Source of the DNA: Proteobacteria bacterium SG_bin4
Lineage (GTDB): Bacteria > Pseudomonadota > Gammaproteobacteria > Burkholderiales > Nitrosomonadaceae
NCBI GenBank assembly: GCA_002083395.1
Contig: LWDH01000035.1
Span: 41,403 to 105,402, forward strand
Direction of reading: 5' to 3'
Length of the DNA stretch: 64,000 nt
Shown here: one piece after another, positions 20,147 through 29,048 of the stretch
How positions within the stretch are numbered: the stretch's first letter is position 1
Layout of the letters: each line of letters begins with the position of its first letter
Program-made: the position numbers and the translations under genes
Notes under the pieces: generated by a model
The model's input: the letters and a program-made list of their open reading frames with translations, nothing else
Told to the model about the DNA's origin: nothing
The model's database searches: none

Positions 20147-21181
20147 TCAAGGTTTGCGGCCGGTCACGATGCTGTAGTAACCGAACGCTTTGTGAATCTG
20201 AATGTCGATAAAGCCGATTTCCTGCAACATCGCCGATAATTCCAATCCCGAATATTGCTTGCCCTCGGTCCAGCCCATCATCATCATACCGAAGGCAGCC
20301 GGAGCAAACGGGCCGGTCTTATCGTCGTTGCACAACATTTCATGAATCACGATACGTCCGCCGCATTCCAGGTACCGGAAGCTTTTTGCAGTTAAGAAAT
20401 GGCATTTTTCCGGCGGCCAGTCATGATACATATTGGAGAAGAAATGCAGATCGGCGGATGGCCAATGATCATTCCAGATATTCGCGCCGCAGGTTTTAAT
20501 GCGCTCTTGCAGGTTATATTCAACAATGTATCCTTCGGCCACTTCGCATACCGGAGGAAAATCCAGAACAATCGCCTGCAGATCAGGCAATCGCAAAGCC
20601 GCGCCGATCGAATGCGCGCCGGAACTGCCGCCGATATCCAGCATGATGCGGTGCCGGGAGAAATCCAGAGCCCCTGGCCAAACCAGCGCTGAAGCCATGC
20701 TCATGCTGTGCATGCCGCTGGTGAAACGATGCAGCAACTCAATCTGCTCTTCGTGCGATTGATAAATGCTGCCTCCGCCGTATGTCTGCGGCGAATCGGT
20801 CAGAATCGCTTTTTCCAGGCTGGTGAAGGAACAGACCTGATAATTGTCGATCATCAGGTCCCAGAGAAAACCGAAATAATTGGGGCTCGTCTGCAGCAGA
20901 TACTCTTCTGATACCGCAGTGAGCGCATAACGTCCTTGCTGTAGCGACAAGAAACCCAGCGAAGCCGCGACGGTCAGCATGGCTTCCGCCGGGCGTGGCT
21001 TGATGCTGAGCGCATCGCAAATCTCCGTCAGCGTGCGCGGATTATCCGCCAGCAAAGCAAAGACTTTGAGCCGGTACGCCAGCAATAAAGCCGGATAACC
21101 ATAAACCGCGAACACCACGTCCCATACCGGACGATCATCGACGCGAGGTATTGGAATATTGGGAGAAGTATTTTGTGTCAT
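20147..21181 (-). CDS. Class I SAM-dependent O-methyltransferase (dimerisation domain plus Methyltransf_2-like)
   Basis: 344 aa. Winged-helix dimerisation N-domain and SAM motif MLDIGGSSGAHS. ATG start. Confidence 0.75.
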   Translation of the reverse strand: MTQNTSPNIPIPRVDDRPVWDVVFAVYGYPALLLAYRLKVFALLADNPRTLTEICDALSIKPRPAEAMLTVAASLGFLSLQQGRYALTAVSEEYLLQTSPNYFGFLWDLMIDNYQVCSFTSLEKAILTDSPQTYGGGSIYQSHEEQIELLHRFTSGMHSMSMASALVWPGALDFSRHRIMLDIGGSSGAHSIGAALRLPDLQAIVLDFPPVCEVAEGYIVEYNLQERIKTCGANIWNDHWPSADLHFFSNMYHDWPPEKCHFLTAKSFRYLECGGRIVIHEMLCNDDKTGPFAPAAFGMMMMGWTEGKQYSGLELSAMLQEIGFIDIQIHKAFGYYSIVTGRKP

Positions 21182-21257
21182 CAGTGCTCCTTTGATCCTA
21201 TCCGGTTTATGAAACAGTTATCGCGTAAAACAAAACATCCGGAGACGGCTGGCGCTC

Positions 21258-21749
21258 TCATGATTTTTCCGCTTCGACCAAACGTTTGATGTTTTGCACC
21301 GTACGTTCCGCGCCATCTTTGATGGCGACACGAACCAATCCTTCAAAAGGCCGCATAATCGCCAGAATTTCCAGCAACTCGAACGAAAATGTCAGCTTGG
21401 TTGACTGCGACGGATTGATTTCCTGCAACTCGTAAGTGCAGCGGAATGGATCGGATACGCCAACCAGCGTAATGCGCTGCCCCGGCTCGAAGGTTGAAAT
21501 TTTAAACTTCGATTCCGAACGCCGCCCTTGATCGACACGCACCTGCCGGCCTTCGGTGCCGAGCCGGACCGGCCCCGGCGTCAACTGCTCCAGCTCTTTG
21601 ACTTCCGGTGACCATTTCGGGTAATTGTCAAACAGACCGTCCCCGAGAAAGTGGAATAACTCAGCCGCCGGGCAGGATACGATCGTATTCGCCCGTCCGA
21701 TGACCGGATCGGTCGAACCCAGATTGAGCATGGAACCTAAATTGAACAT
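21258..21749 (-). CDS. SRPBCC (START/polyketide cyclase-like) family protein
   Basis: About 163 aa from the ATG at 21749; the ORF-track start at 21812 is a TTG. The size and pattern (IVSCPAAELFHFL...KWSPEV) fit the SRPBCC fold. Confidence 0.6.
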   Translation of the reverse strand: MFNLGSMLNLGSTDPVIGRANTIVSCPAAELFHFLGDGLFDNYPKWSPEVKELEQLTPGPVRLGTEGRQVRVDQGRRSESKFKISTFEPGQRITLVGVSDPFRCTYELQEINPSQSTKLTFSFELLEILAIMRPFEGLVRVAIKDGAERTVQNIKRLVEAEKS

Positions 21750-21960
21750 GGCGCTAACCCTTGATGGAAAATCCGGTTTGTCGATTGGCAGTGAATAGAG
21801 ACCATAAACCAATCAAGGGGGGATTTCAAGCAATTTGGGTGTTTGCCGAGTATTAAGGAAGGGAGAACGATGCAATCAAATTTGAATTCTTCTTCAGCTA
21901 TCAGGCGAAACATTCTGGAATTGGATAAATTGTTTAACTTTCTAAGACCCTGAGCATACT

Positions 21961-22324
21961 ATGATATCGCTGAGGGCGAGGTTACGAAGCTACAATATTT
22001 TCATTCAGGTCGGAGTGCTTTTGGTTCAATGAAATAGCTGTTAGTTAAAAGCTGCAAAGAAATGTCGATACAGAAGTTAGTAAAATTGACCTGAAGTAAC
22101 GCTACGAACCATTATCTGTATTCATCATGGAGAAAATGAATTTGCCAATGGAAAGCAGCATGTTAACAGTATCGAATCTTTCTGAAGTTTTGCAGAGAGG
22201 TCTGGCAAAATCAATGATTTTCTATTTGTATCTGAAAGAAACTGAATTTCGTTTTAATTATTATCGCGATAATCTCGACTATGAAATTCTCAACAAAACC
22301 CTAATACAGATATTATTTAAGTGA
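21961..22324 (+). pseudogene. Decayed IS1595-family (ISXO2-like) transposase remnant
   Basis: The 22127-22324 ORF ends ...LQRGLAKSMIFYLYLKETEFRFNYYRDNLDYEIL. This matches the conserved C-terminal tail (..AKRRL.KF.G....F.LYLKE.EFRFN.R..NL) of ISXO2-like transposases. Upstream frames show frame-shifted fragments (EGEVTKLQYFHSGR, GRGYEATIF) reminiscent of the DDE region. No intact ORF and no terminal inverted repeats were seen. Confidence 0.5.
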
Positions 22325-22337
22325 TAAAAACAAGCAA

Positions 22338-23243
22338 ATGAATAGAACACTTTTTCCACCGATTGAGGAGTCAGAAGAACAAGAACTAATTACCTCAGTT
22401 TATGAATTTGTAAAAGTAATAACTAGCGATAAATTTTATGACGAAAAATCTTTAATTGCATTTCGTGGGCATGCAGATGAATCATTCAAATTAGAACCTA
22501 AAGTTTTGCGGAAAGAACATTATAAAAAAAACGAAGATAGGCTATTGCGTGATCTAATTGCTTCACATCCCCATGAATTTAATTATGATCGAACTATGTT
22601 TGATAAATTAGTCAGGATGCAACATGTTGGCCTCCCTACTCGCCTTCTTGACGTTACAACCAATCCTTTGGTTGCGCTTTGGTTTGCAGTCAGTGAGAAA
22701 AAAGAAACCGATGGGGCAGTGGTGGTTTTTTTTATCAATTCAAAAGTAAAGTGCTATTTCGACAGCGATAAAGTAAGTCTCTTATCAAATTTGGCAGCTC
22801 TTCCTTACGAGGATAAGGAGTGCATCAAAAATAAAATTCTTGATGACCGCCTTCAAACTACACAATCAATCACGAGGTTTTTGCATTTCATCAAAGACGA
22901 GAAGCCATACTTTGAATCTAAAATTGACTTTCTTGATTTGCTAAAGGTTTTATACGTTATCCCAAAAATGAGCAATAAGCGGATTCTTGCACAGTCAGGA
23001 GCTTTTCTTCTTTTTGGTATTGATAAGAAGGATATTTATTACAATATAGAGGAGACGCAAGATAATGGAAATCCAAATTCATCCTTGATCTCCACAAAAA
23101 GAATCAAACTCGATCATGGATATAAGCCACAAATGAAGAAAGATCTTGAGAAACTAGGAATTCATGCTGGAACACTTTTCCCAGATTTCGATAAGAGTGC
23201 TGAATACCTTTCAGATCGATATAACAGGGTTACTGATACTTAA
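22338..23243 (+). CDS. FRG domain-containing protein
   Basis: 301 aa. The eponymous motif AFRGHADESFKLEPKV is followed by MQHVGLPTRLLDVTTNPLVALWFAV. The gene is strongly AT-rich compared with its flanks. Confidence 0.85.
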   Translation: MNRTLFPPIEESEEQELITSVYEFVKVITSDKFYDEKSLIAFRGHADESFKLEPKVLRKEHYKKNEDRLLRDLIASHPHEFNYDRTMFDKLVRMQHVGLPTRLLDVTTNPLVALWFAVSEKKETDGAVVVFFINSKVKCYFDSDKVSLLSNLAALPYEDKECIKNKILDDRLQTTQSITRFLHFIKDEKPYFESKIDFLDLLKVLYVIPKMSNKRILAQSGAFLLFGIDKKDIYYNIEETQDNGNPNSSLISTKRIKLDHGYKPQMKKDLEKLGIHAGTLFPDFDKSAEYLSDRYNRVTDT

Positions 23244-23552
23244 AAATAGTCTGCTTATTTTATCTTCTTAGTTCTAATCTCAATGTTCTACGCCACAAAT
23301 ACTCAAGTCTGCGCAGACACGAACTTGTAGGTGTCGATTGGAGAGAGGAATTATCTACCAATTACTCCTGTGCATTCATGATCAACATGGAATGTCCGGA
23401 TAAGCCATTCAACTCGACACAATTAATCGAATGCAGATTGGCGTTTTCTATGTATCTGACTCGGGCAATTCTCTTAGTTTTGGTGTCGCCGAGTAGCATC
23501 ACTTTAAGTTTAATTTTAACGAGCAACAGGAGCAAGAGAACGCCCAAATATA

Positions 23553-25091
23553 CTACAACGTCTGCCGTTGAGTGAAGTCTTTTAAGCGGAATCCGAGCAG
23601 CCAGAGCGCGGCGAAATAACTGGCGGCACCGGCGATGACTACGCCGCTGAGTTGCGTGGCGCGGGATAATGCCGAGCCGCTCAGCCAGGCGGCGTCATTG
23701 CCGGCGGCGAACCACAGCACGATGCCCATGACCGCCAGCGCCAGCAGTATTTTGGCAAAGAAAACCAGCCAGCCGGGTTGCGGTTGGTAAATGGCTTGCT
23801 TACGCAGTTGGTAAAACAACAATCCTGCATTCAAGCAAGCGCCGAGTCCGATCGCCAGCGCCAGCCCGGCGTGCTGCAGCGGCGTGATGAAAATCAAGTT
23901 CATCAGTTGCGTGGCGATCAAGGTGATGACGGCGATTTTGACCGGTGTTTTGATGTTCTGGCGGGCATAGAATCCCGGCGCGAGCACTTTTACCAGGATG
24001 ATGCCAAGCAAGCCGACGCTGTACGCAACCAGGGCTTCGCGTGTCATCCAAACATCGTGTTCGGTGAAAGCGCCATGATGGAACAGGGTGGTGATCAGCG
24101 GTACCGACAACAAAGCGAGCGCGAGTGCGGCTGGGAGCGTCAGCAGCATGGTCATGCGCAAGCCCCAGTCGAGCAGCCGGGAATATTCATCGTTGCTGTT
24201 GGTGCTGTAATGCTTGGCCAGCGACGGCAGCAAAATGGTGCCGAGCGCGACGCCGAGCAGACCGGCGGGAAATTCCATCAGCCGGTCGGCGTAATACATC
24301 CAGGAAACGCTGCCGGTTACCAGCAACGAAGCGAATATGGTATTGATCAACAGGCTGAGCTGGCTGACCGATACGCCGAAAATCGCCGGTCCCATGAGTT
24401 TGAGCACGCGCCACGCGCCGGTATCCGGATTGCGGAACTGGATACGCGGCATTAATCTGAGTTTCAACAAAAAAGGGATTTGGAACGCCAGCTGTAAAAT
24501 GCCGCCGATAAAAACCGCCCAAGCCAGCGCTAGAACCGGCGGATCGATCAAGGGTGTCAACCAGAATGCGCAACCGATGAAGGATAAATTCAGCAGCGCC
24601 GGGGTGATGGCCGGTACATTGAATTTCCCGTAAGTATTGAGGATGCCGCCTGCCAACGCCACGAAAGAAATAAACAAAATATAGGGAAAGGTGATTTGCA
24701 GCAGTTGCACGGTTAAATCGAATTTTTCCGGATCGGCAGAGAATCCGGGCGCGCTGGCGTAGATGATGAACGGTGCCGCGATAATGCCGAGGGCTGTCAC
24801 CAGGAACAGCACGCCGCCGAGCAGCATTGTGATGTGATCGATCAAACTGCGGGTTTCTTCATGCGTGCGGGTGTTTTTATATTCGGCGAGGATCGGAACG
24901 AAAGCCTGCGAAAAAGCCCCTTCGGCGAACAGCCGCCGCAGCAGGTTGGGGATGCGAAACGCGACAAAAAAAGCATCGGTTGCCATTCCTGCACCAAAAA
25001 TCCGTGCGATCAGGATGTCGCGCACGAAACCGAGGATGCGTGACACGAAAGTCATACTGCTGACCGCGGCGAGGGCTTTAAGGAGATTCAA
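23553..25091 (-). CDS. murJ: Lipid II flippase MurJ (MviN)
   Basis: 512 aa. [35 protein letters not shown] is the canonical MurJ N-terminus. The protein is polytopic. TTG start. Confidence 0.95.
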   Translation of the reverse strand: MNLLKALAAVSSMTFVSRILGFVRDILIARIFGAGMATDAFFVAFRIPNLLRRLFAEGAFSQAFVPILAEYKNTRTHEETRSLIDHITMLLGGVLFLVTALGIIAAPFIIYASAPGFSADPEKFDLTVQLLQITFPYILFISFVALAGGILNTYGKFNVPAITPALLNLSFIGCAFWLTPLIDPPVLALAWAVFIGGILQLAFQIPFLLKLRLMPRIQFRNPDTGAWRVLKLMGPAIFGVSVSQLSLLINTIFASLLVTGSVSWMYYADRLMEFPAGLLGVALGTILLPSLAKHYSTNSNDEYSRLLDWGLRMTMLLTLPAALALALLSVPLITTLFHHGAFTEHDVWMTREALVAYSVGLLGIILVKVLAPGFYARQNIKTPVKIAVITLIATQLMNLIFITPLQHAGLALAIGLGACLNAGLLFYQLRKQAIYQPQPGWLVFFAKILLALAVMGIVLWFAAGNDAAWLSGSALSRATQLSGVVIAGAASYFAALWLLGFRLKDFTQRQTL

Positions 25092-25137
25092 TGGCTTGAG
25101 ATATTTATGCTAGTAGTGGGCAACGGTGTGATAACTG

Positions 25138-25163
25138 CAGGCTGGATTTTTCAATCCAGCCTG
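25138..25163 (-). terminator. Perfect 11-bp hairpin downstream of the 25213-25935 gene
   Basis: CAGGCTGGATT-tttc-AATCCAGCCTG. No clear U-tract follows on the minus strand, so a terminator function is uncertain. Confidence 0.3.
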
Positions 25164-25212
25164 GTCTGAGTGATTTAATTTTGTGACTGTGTAATTGGAT
25201 AGGGAAGACAAT

Positions 25213-25935
25213 CTAAAAAAGGCAACTTACTTTCTTCAGCAGACCTTCTTCTTCCCAATTCCACTGCAGGCAATATTCCGCGCCCCGTTTCGGGTTTTTC
25301 ACTTCCGCATCGATTTTTGTGTTTCCGGAGATTACGGGAGGCAATAACGCTTCTTCTTTACCGTCATGGACGCAGAAAAAACGCGCAGTTGCAATGGCGC
25401 GTCCTGAAGGCAGTTCGACGGTCATGTGCAAGCGTTGCGTATCGTCGTCGACGACATGCGACAGTATGCCTTCGTTTTGGGTGAAAGCACCTTCGCATTG
25501 ATACGTTAAAGTTAAATCGGAACCGTCAATCACTTTCAACTCAGGCGGGAATTTCATGCAGACATGGTAGTTGTCGTTTTCTTTTCTTTGTTCAGCCGGG
25601 TCGCCATTGTTGATGCGGAAATTGCTGATGCTGCCGATGGCGCGGATATTTTTGAACCAGTATTCTGAATTATCGCTATGGCATGCGGTGATCATTTGTG
25701 TTTGTGTCACAGTTGCTTTTTTTCCGCAGGTATCATGCACGGTCAGTATTTTTCTTAAATCCGAGATGGAAAATGCAAACTTGTTTTGTCTGATTTGGTC
25801 GGCGATCAGCAGCGCGGCGCAAAGAGCGAAAATCAATCCGATCGCTATGAAATCGGTCGCCAGTGCGACGAACACACCAAAGGCAAGCATGACGATGTTG
25901 ATGTAAAAAATAATCTGGTTAGGTTTGTCAAACAT
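25213..25935 (-). CDS. Hypothetical membrane protein (two N-terminal TM helices plus a ~170-aa soluble domain)
   Basis: 240 aa. ATG with an AAGGAG RBS. No recognisable domain. Lower GC than the housekeeping flanks. Confidence 0.6.
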   Translation of the reverse strand: MFDKPNQIIFYINIVMLAFGVFVALATDFIAIGLIFALCAALLIADQIRQNKFAFSISDLRKILTVHDTCGKKATVTQTQMITACHSDNSEYWFKNIRAIGSISNFRINNGDPAEQRKENDNYHVCMKFPPELKVIDGSDLTLTYQCEGAFTQNEGILSHVVDDDTQRLHMTVELPSGRAIATARFFCVHDGKEEALLPPVISGNTKIDAEVKNPKRGAEYCLQWNWEEEGLLKKVSCLF

Positions 25936-26035
25936 TCGGAACTCCTTAAGTTAGCAGGCGTATTTTTATAATAATTTTCGAAGCGCTGAGTTTATCAGAG
26001 AGGCGCATTCAAAAAAAGAAAGATAGGGTAGGGAA

Positions 26036-26170
26036 GCATTGATTAATTGCCTGCGCTAGTGATTTGCTGCGTTGAGCGGTGCTCAGAAACTTGTCTATCG
26101 TATTGATATATCTCGTTCCTTGCGCTTCATCCGCCTTGCATCTCATCTTACCCGGTGAATTGATAAGCGT
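26036..26170 (+). repeat. Intergenic palindromic element, copy A (decayed arms)
   Basis: Collinear with copy B over its whole length, for example TGATTAATTG..CTGCGTTGAGCGGTGCTC..GTCTATCGTATTGATAT..CGCCTTGCATCTCATC..GAATTGATAAGCG. It lies about 70 nt upstream of the hvfA-like gene. Confidence 0.55.
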
Positions 26171-26238
26171 TTCCTTTGTTTTAATTCGGCGTTATCATCA
26201 TCGATTGTCGTTGTTTTAATTTTTTATGGAGATAAAAG

Positions 26239-26577
26239 ATGTCGAAAAAATCAGTTAAACCAGTTTCACTCGCGGTAAGTGCTGCATTGGTCACCAGTCT
26301 TGGTGCCGGTGATTTGTTGGCGGATAGCAGCGCCAATCCGTTTGCGATGAATGAATTATCCGGCGGTTACATGCAACTGGCCGATGCCAGCAGCGCCAAT
26401 AAACCGGCGCAAGAAAGCGGTAAAGAATCCAAACAAAATATGGAAGGTAAATGCGGCGAAGGCAAGTGTGGCGGCAAAACTGAGATGAAGCAAAACATGG
26501 AAGGCAAGTGCGGCGGTAAGAAGGCCGAACAAGAAGGTAAATGCGGCGAAGGCAAATGCGGTTCTTCTAAAAAGTAA
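26239..26577 (+). CDS. hvfA: HvfA-family exported RiPP precursor/metallophore protein with five EGKCG motifs
   Basis: 112 aa. It has a Sec-type signal peptide (MSKKSVKPVSLAVSAALVTSLGAGDLLA), a conserved NPFAMNELSGGYMQL block, then EGKCGEGKCGG, EGKCGG and EGKCGEGKCG (Cys72, 77, 91, 102, 107). GGAGA RBS. It lies immediately upstream of the DUF692 and DUF2063 genes. Confidence 0.8.
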   Translation: MSKKSVKPVSLAVSAALVTSLGAGDLLADSSANPFAMNELSGGYMQLADASSANKPAQESGKESKQNMEGKCGEGKCGGKTEMKQNMEGKCGGKKAEQEGKCGEGKCGSSKK

Positions 26578-26580
26578 CCA

Positions 26581-27447
26581 ATGCAACCCATGAGCAGCCG
26601 GTCATTTCCTGTTCATGGCGCGGGCCTGGGTCTGCGGCGTTCGATGCTGAGCTCGCTGACGGATCAGGCCACGCAATCCGTCGATTTCTGGGAAGTGGCT
26701 CCGGAAAACTGGATTGGTGTCGGTGGCCGGTACGGCCACCAATTTCGACAGCTGACCGAGCGATTTCCTTTTATCTGCCACGGACTTTCGTTGTCGATCG
26801 GCGGTCCGTCACCGCTTGACGAAGCTTTCTTGCACAAGCTCAAGCGTTTCCTGAAAGATCATCATATCCGCACTTACAGCGAGCATTTGAGTTATTGCAG
26901 CGATGACGGTCATTTATACGATTTGCTGCCGATCCCGTTTACCGAAGAAGCGGTTTTTTATGTAGCAAGCCGGATCCGGCGCGTTCAAGAAATCCTTGAA
27001 CAACGTATCGCAATCGAGAATGTTTCTTATTATGCGGCGCCTGGAAAGCAACTGGAGGAAGCCGACTTCATCAATGCGGTATTGCAGGAAGCCGATTGCG
27101 ATTTGCTGTTGGATGTGAATAATATTTATGTCAACAGCGTCAACCATGACTACGATGCCGAGGCATTTCTGCTGCGCTTGCCGGTGGAACGTATCCGCTA
27201 TCTTCATGTGGCCGGACACTATCAGGAAGCAGCCGATCTGATCGTCGATACGCACGGCGCCGATGTCATCGATCCGGTATGGCAATTGCTCGATAAAACC
27301 TATCAGCGTTTGGGTGTTATTCCAACCTTGCTTGAGCGCGATTTCAATATTCCACCGATCGCTGATTTGTTGCGTGAAGTGGCAACGATCCATTCGCTTC
27401 AAACCAAATGGCGCAATGAAACGGGCGGTTACTTACAACACGCCTGA
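26581..27447 (+). CDS. hvfB: MNIO (DUF692/MbnB-family) RiPP maturase, HvfB-like
   Basis: 288 aa. Carries [44 protein letters not shown] and LHVAGH, the TIM-barrel multinuclear non-heme iron enzyme pattern of DUF692. It starts 3 nt after the precursor stop. Confidence 0.9.
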   Translation: MQPMSSRSFPVHGAGLGLRRSMLSSLTDQATQSVDFWEVAPENWIGVGGRYGHQFRQLTERFPFICHGLSLSIGGPSPLDEAFLHKLKRFLKDHHIRTYSEHLSYCSDDGHLYDLLPIPFTEEAVFYVASRIRRVQEILEQRIAIENVSYYAAPGKQLEEADFINAVLQEADCDLLLDVNNIYVNSVNHDYDAEAFLLRLPVERIRYLHVAGHYQEAADLIVDTHGADVIDPVWQLLDKTYQRLGVIPTLLERDFNIPPIADLLREVATIHSLQTKWRNETGGYLQHA

Positions 27448-28201
27448 CCGGCCGGATTTTGTGCGCCAGCAATATGCCTTTGCAGCGCACATTCGTGATC
27501 CGGAAAAAAATCCGCATCCACAAGCCGTCGAGGCACGGCGCATGAAGCTCTACTGCGAGCTGTTTTATAACAACGTGGAGGATATAATTGCCAATACCTT
27601 TCCGGTATTGCGGAAGATTTTACCGGATAATCATTGGCATGCATTAATCCGGGATTATTTCGCCCATCATGTGTCGCGAACTCCTTTGTTTCCGGAGATA
27701 CCTCGGGAGTTTCTGAAATACCTCGAGTCTGAGCGGAAAAACAGCGCTGACGATCCGCCTTTCCTGTTCGAGTTGGCGCATTATGAATGGGTGGAGCTGG
27801 CGCTTGCTATTTTTGATGAAAGCCTGATCGAGGCTGAAGCCGATGCTGCTGGCGATTTACTGGACGGAATCCCGGCAGTTTCGCCGTTAGCGTGGTTACT
27901 TTGTTACTCGTTTCCTGTGCATCGGATAACTGCGGACTTTCAGCCCGATAGGGCGGGCGCATTAAAGACGAATCTGATCATTTACCGGGATCGGGAATTT
28001 GATGTGCAGTTTATTGAAATCAATAAAATAACAGCGCGTTTACTGCATTTGATCGGTGAAAATAAAATCAAGTCCGGGTTGATGCTGTTGCACCAAGTAG
28101 CCGCGGAAATGAATCATCCGCAACCCGAAACGGTTATTCAGGGCGGCATTCAAATTTTGAACGATCTCAGGAAGCTCGGGGTGGTTTATCGTTTGCCATA
28201 G
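27416..28201 (+). CDS. hvfC: DUF2063-family RiPP maturation partner, HvfC/MbnC-like
   Basis: About 261 aa from the ATG at 27416, overlapping the hvfB end by 32 nt. [17 protein letters not shown]...[29 protein letters not shown] is the typical DUF2063 N-domain. The ORF-track start at 27263 lies inside hvfB and was rejected. Confidence 0.85.
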   Translation: MKRAVTYNTPDRPDFVRQQYAFAAHIRDPEKNPHPQAVEARRMKLYCELFYNNVEDIIANTFPVLRKILPDNHWHALIRDYFAHHVSRTPLFPEIPREFLKYLESERKNSADDPPFLFELAHYEWVELALAIFDESLIEAEADAAGDLLDGIPAVSPLAWLLCYSFPVHRITADFQPDRAGALKTNLIIYRDREFDVQFIEINKITARLLHLIGENKIKSGLMLLHQVAAEMNHPQPETVIQGGIQILNDLRKLGVVYRLP

Positions 28202-28301
28202 AACTCTCTGATTTTGATTGTAAAACTACAGATTCAATGTGCGCTGCCGTTAAGCTGCGTATGAAAAATGATGAGGACGTTGGTTTTACGGTATTTCAAA
28301 A

Positions 28302-29027
28302 ATGAGCGTATCTGAGAACAACAATTCGAACACTGGTAACTTTTCCGCTGAACCCGATCTGATGAATTTCCTGGTATCTTCGATTCATGATACTAAGAAT
28401 TCGGTGTGTCTGTTATTGAACAGCCTGGAAAAAGCGCTGGCGAATGCCGATGCTAGGAAACTCGCTGCGCATACCGAACTGGTACGAGTGAATGCCGAAG
28501 CAAAACGCGTTAACAATAACCTGGTGCAATTGTTGACGCTCTATCAATTCGGACAAAGAGTCTATCCTTTGGATGTGCAATATATCAGTCTAAGGGATTT
28601 TATAAGCGGTATTGTTGCGCAATATTCCGATTTACTGCGATTTCGTGAAATTACCCTTGAAGCCCATATAAATCCGGAGCTGCATTGGTATTTTGACGAG
28701 GACCTGGTTAATGCGGTTATCGGCAATGCCATCAATAATGCCATCCGTTATACCCGAGACCGTATTCGTATTGCCGCCGAAGAGAGAGATGGGCGGTTGT
28801 TACTGCGCGTGGAAGATAATGGGCGCGGTTATCCGGTTGCAATGCTGCAGGATAACGATGGTAATTTCATCCACCGTATAGATCCTTTGGAGAATAGTAC
28901 TGGATTGGGTTTTTATTTTTCAGCCAAGGTTGCACGAATGCACCGGAACCATGGCGTGGCGGGAAAATTGAAGCTGGAAAACGGCGGTTCTATGCAGGGT
29001 GCTTGTTTTCTCCTGTATCTTCCTTAA
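28302..29027 (+). CDS. Soluble minimal histidine kinase (DHp plus HATPase_c, no sensor or TM domain)
   Basis: 241 aa. H-box SSIHDTKNSV, N-box NAINNAIRYT, G1 EDNGRGY and G2 GLGFYF. Confidence 0.8.
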   Translation: MSVSENNNSNTGNFSAEPDLMNFLVSSIHDTKNSVCLLLNSLEKALANADARKLAAHTELVRVNAEAKRVNNNLVQLLTLYQFGQRVYPLDVQYISLRDFISGIVAQYSDLLRFREITLEAHINPELHWYFDEDLVNAVIGNAINNAIRYTRDRIRIAAEERDGRLLLRVEDNGRGYPVAMLQDNDGNFIHRIDPLENSTGLGFYFSAKVARMHRNHGVAGKLKLENGGSMQGACFLLYLP

Positions 29028-29048
29028 TAAATTTCAAGATCTTAAAAC

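Noticed and set aside
23244-23552. Possible tRNA or attachment site at the islet border next to murJ, plus small ORFs at 23362-23547 and 23378-23575
   Set aside because: I could not fold a cloverleaf or find a T-loop GTTCRANYC motif. I saw no direct repeat matching the other islet border. The small ORFs have no RBS or recognisable sequence.
26443-26562. Short periodic DNA repeats that might suggest a CRISPR or tandem-repeat array
   Set aside because: They lie in-frame inside the hvfA-like gene and encode EGKCG motifs. There is no spacer/repeat architecture and there are no cas genes in the window.
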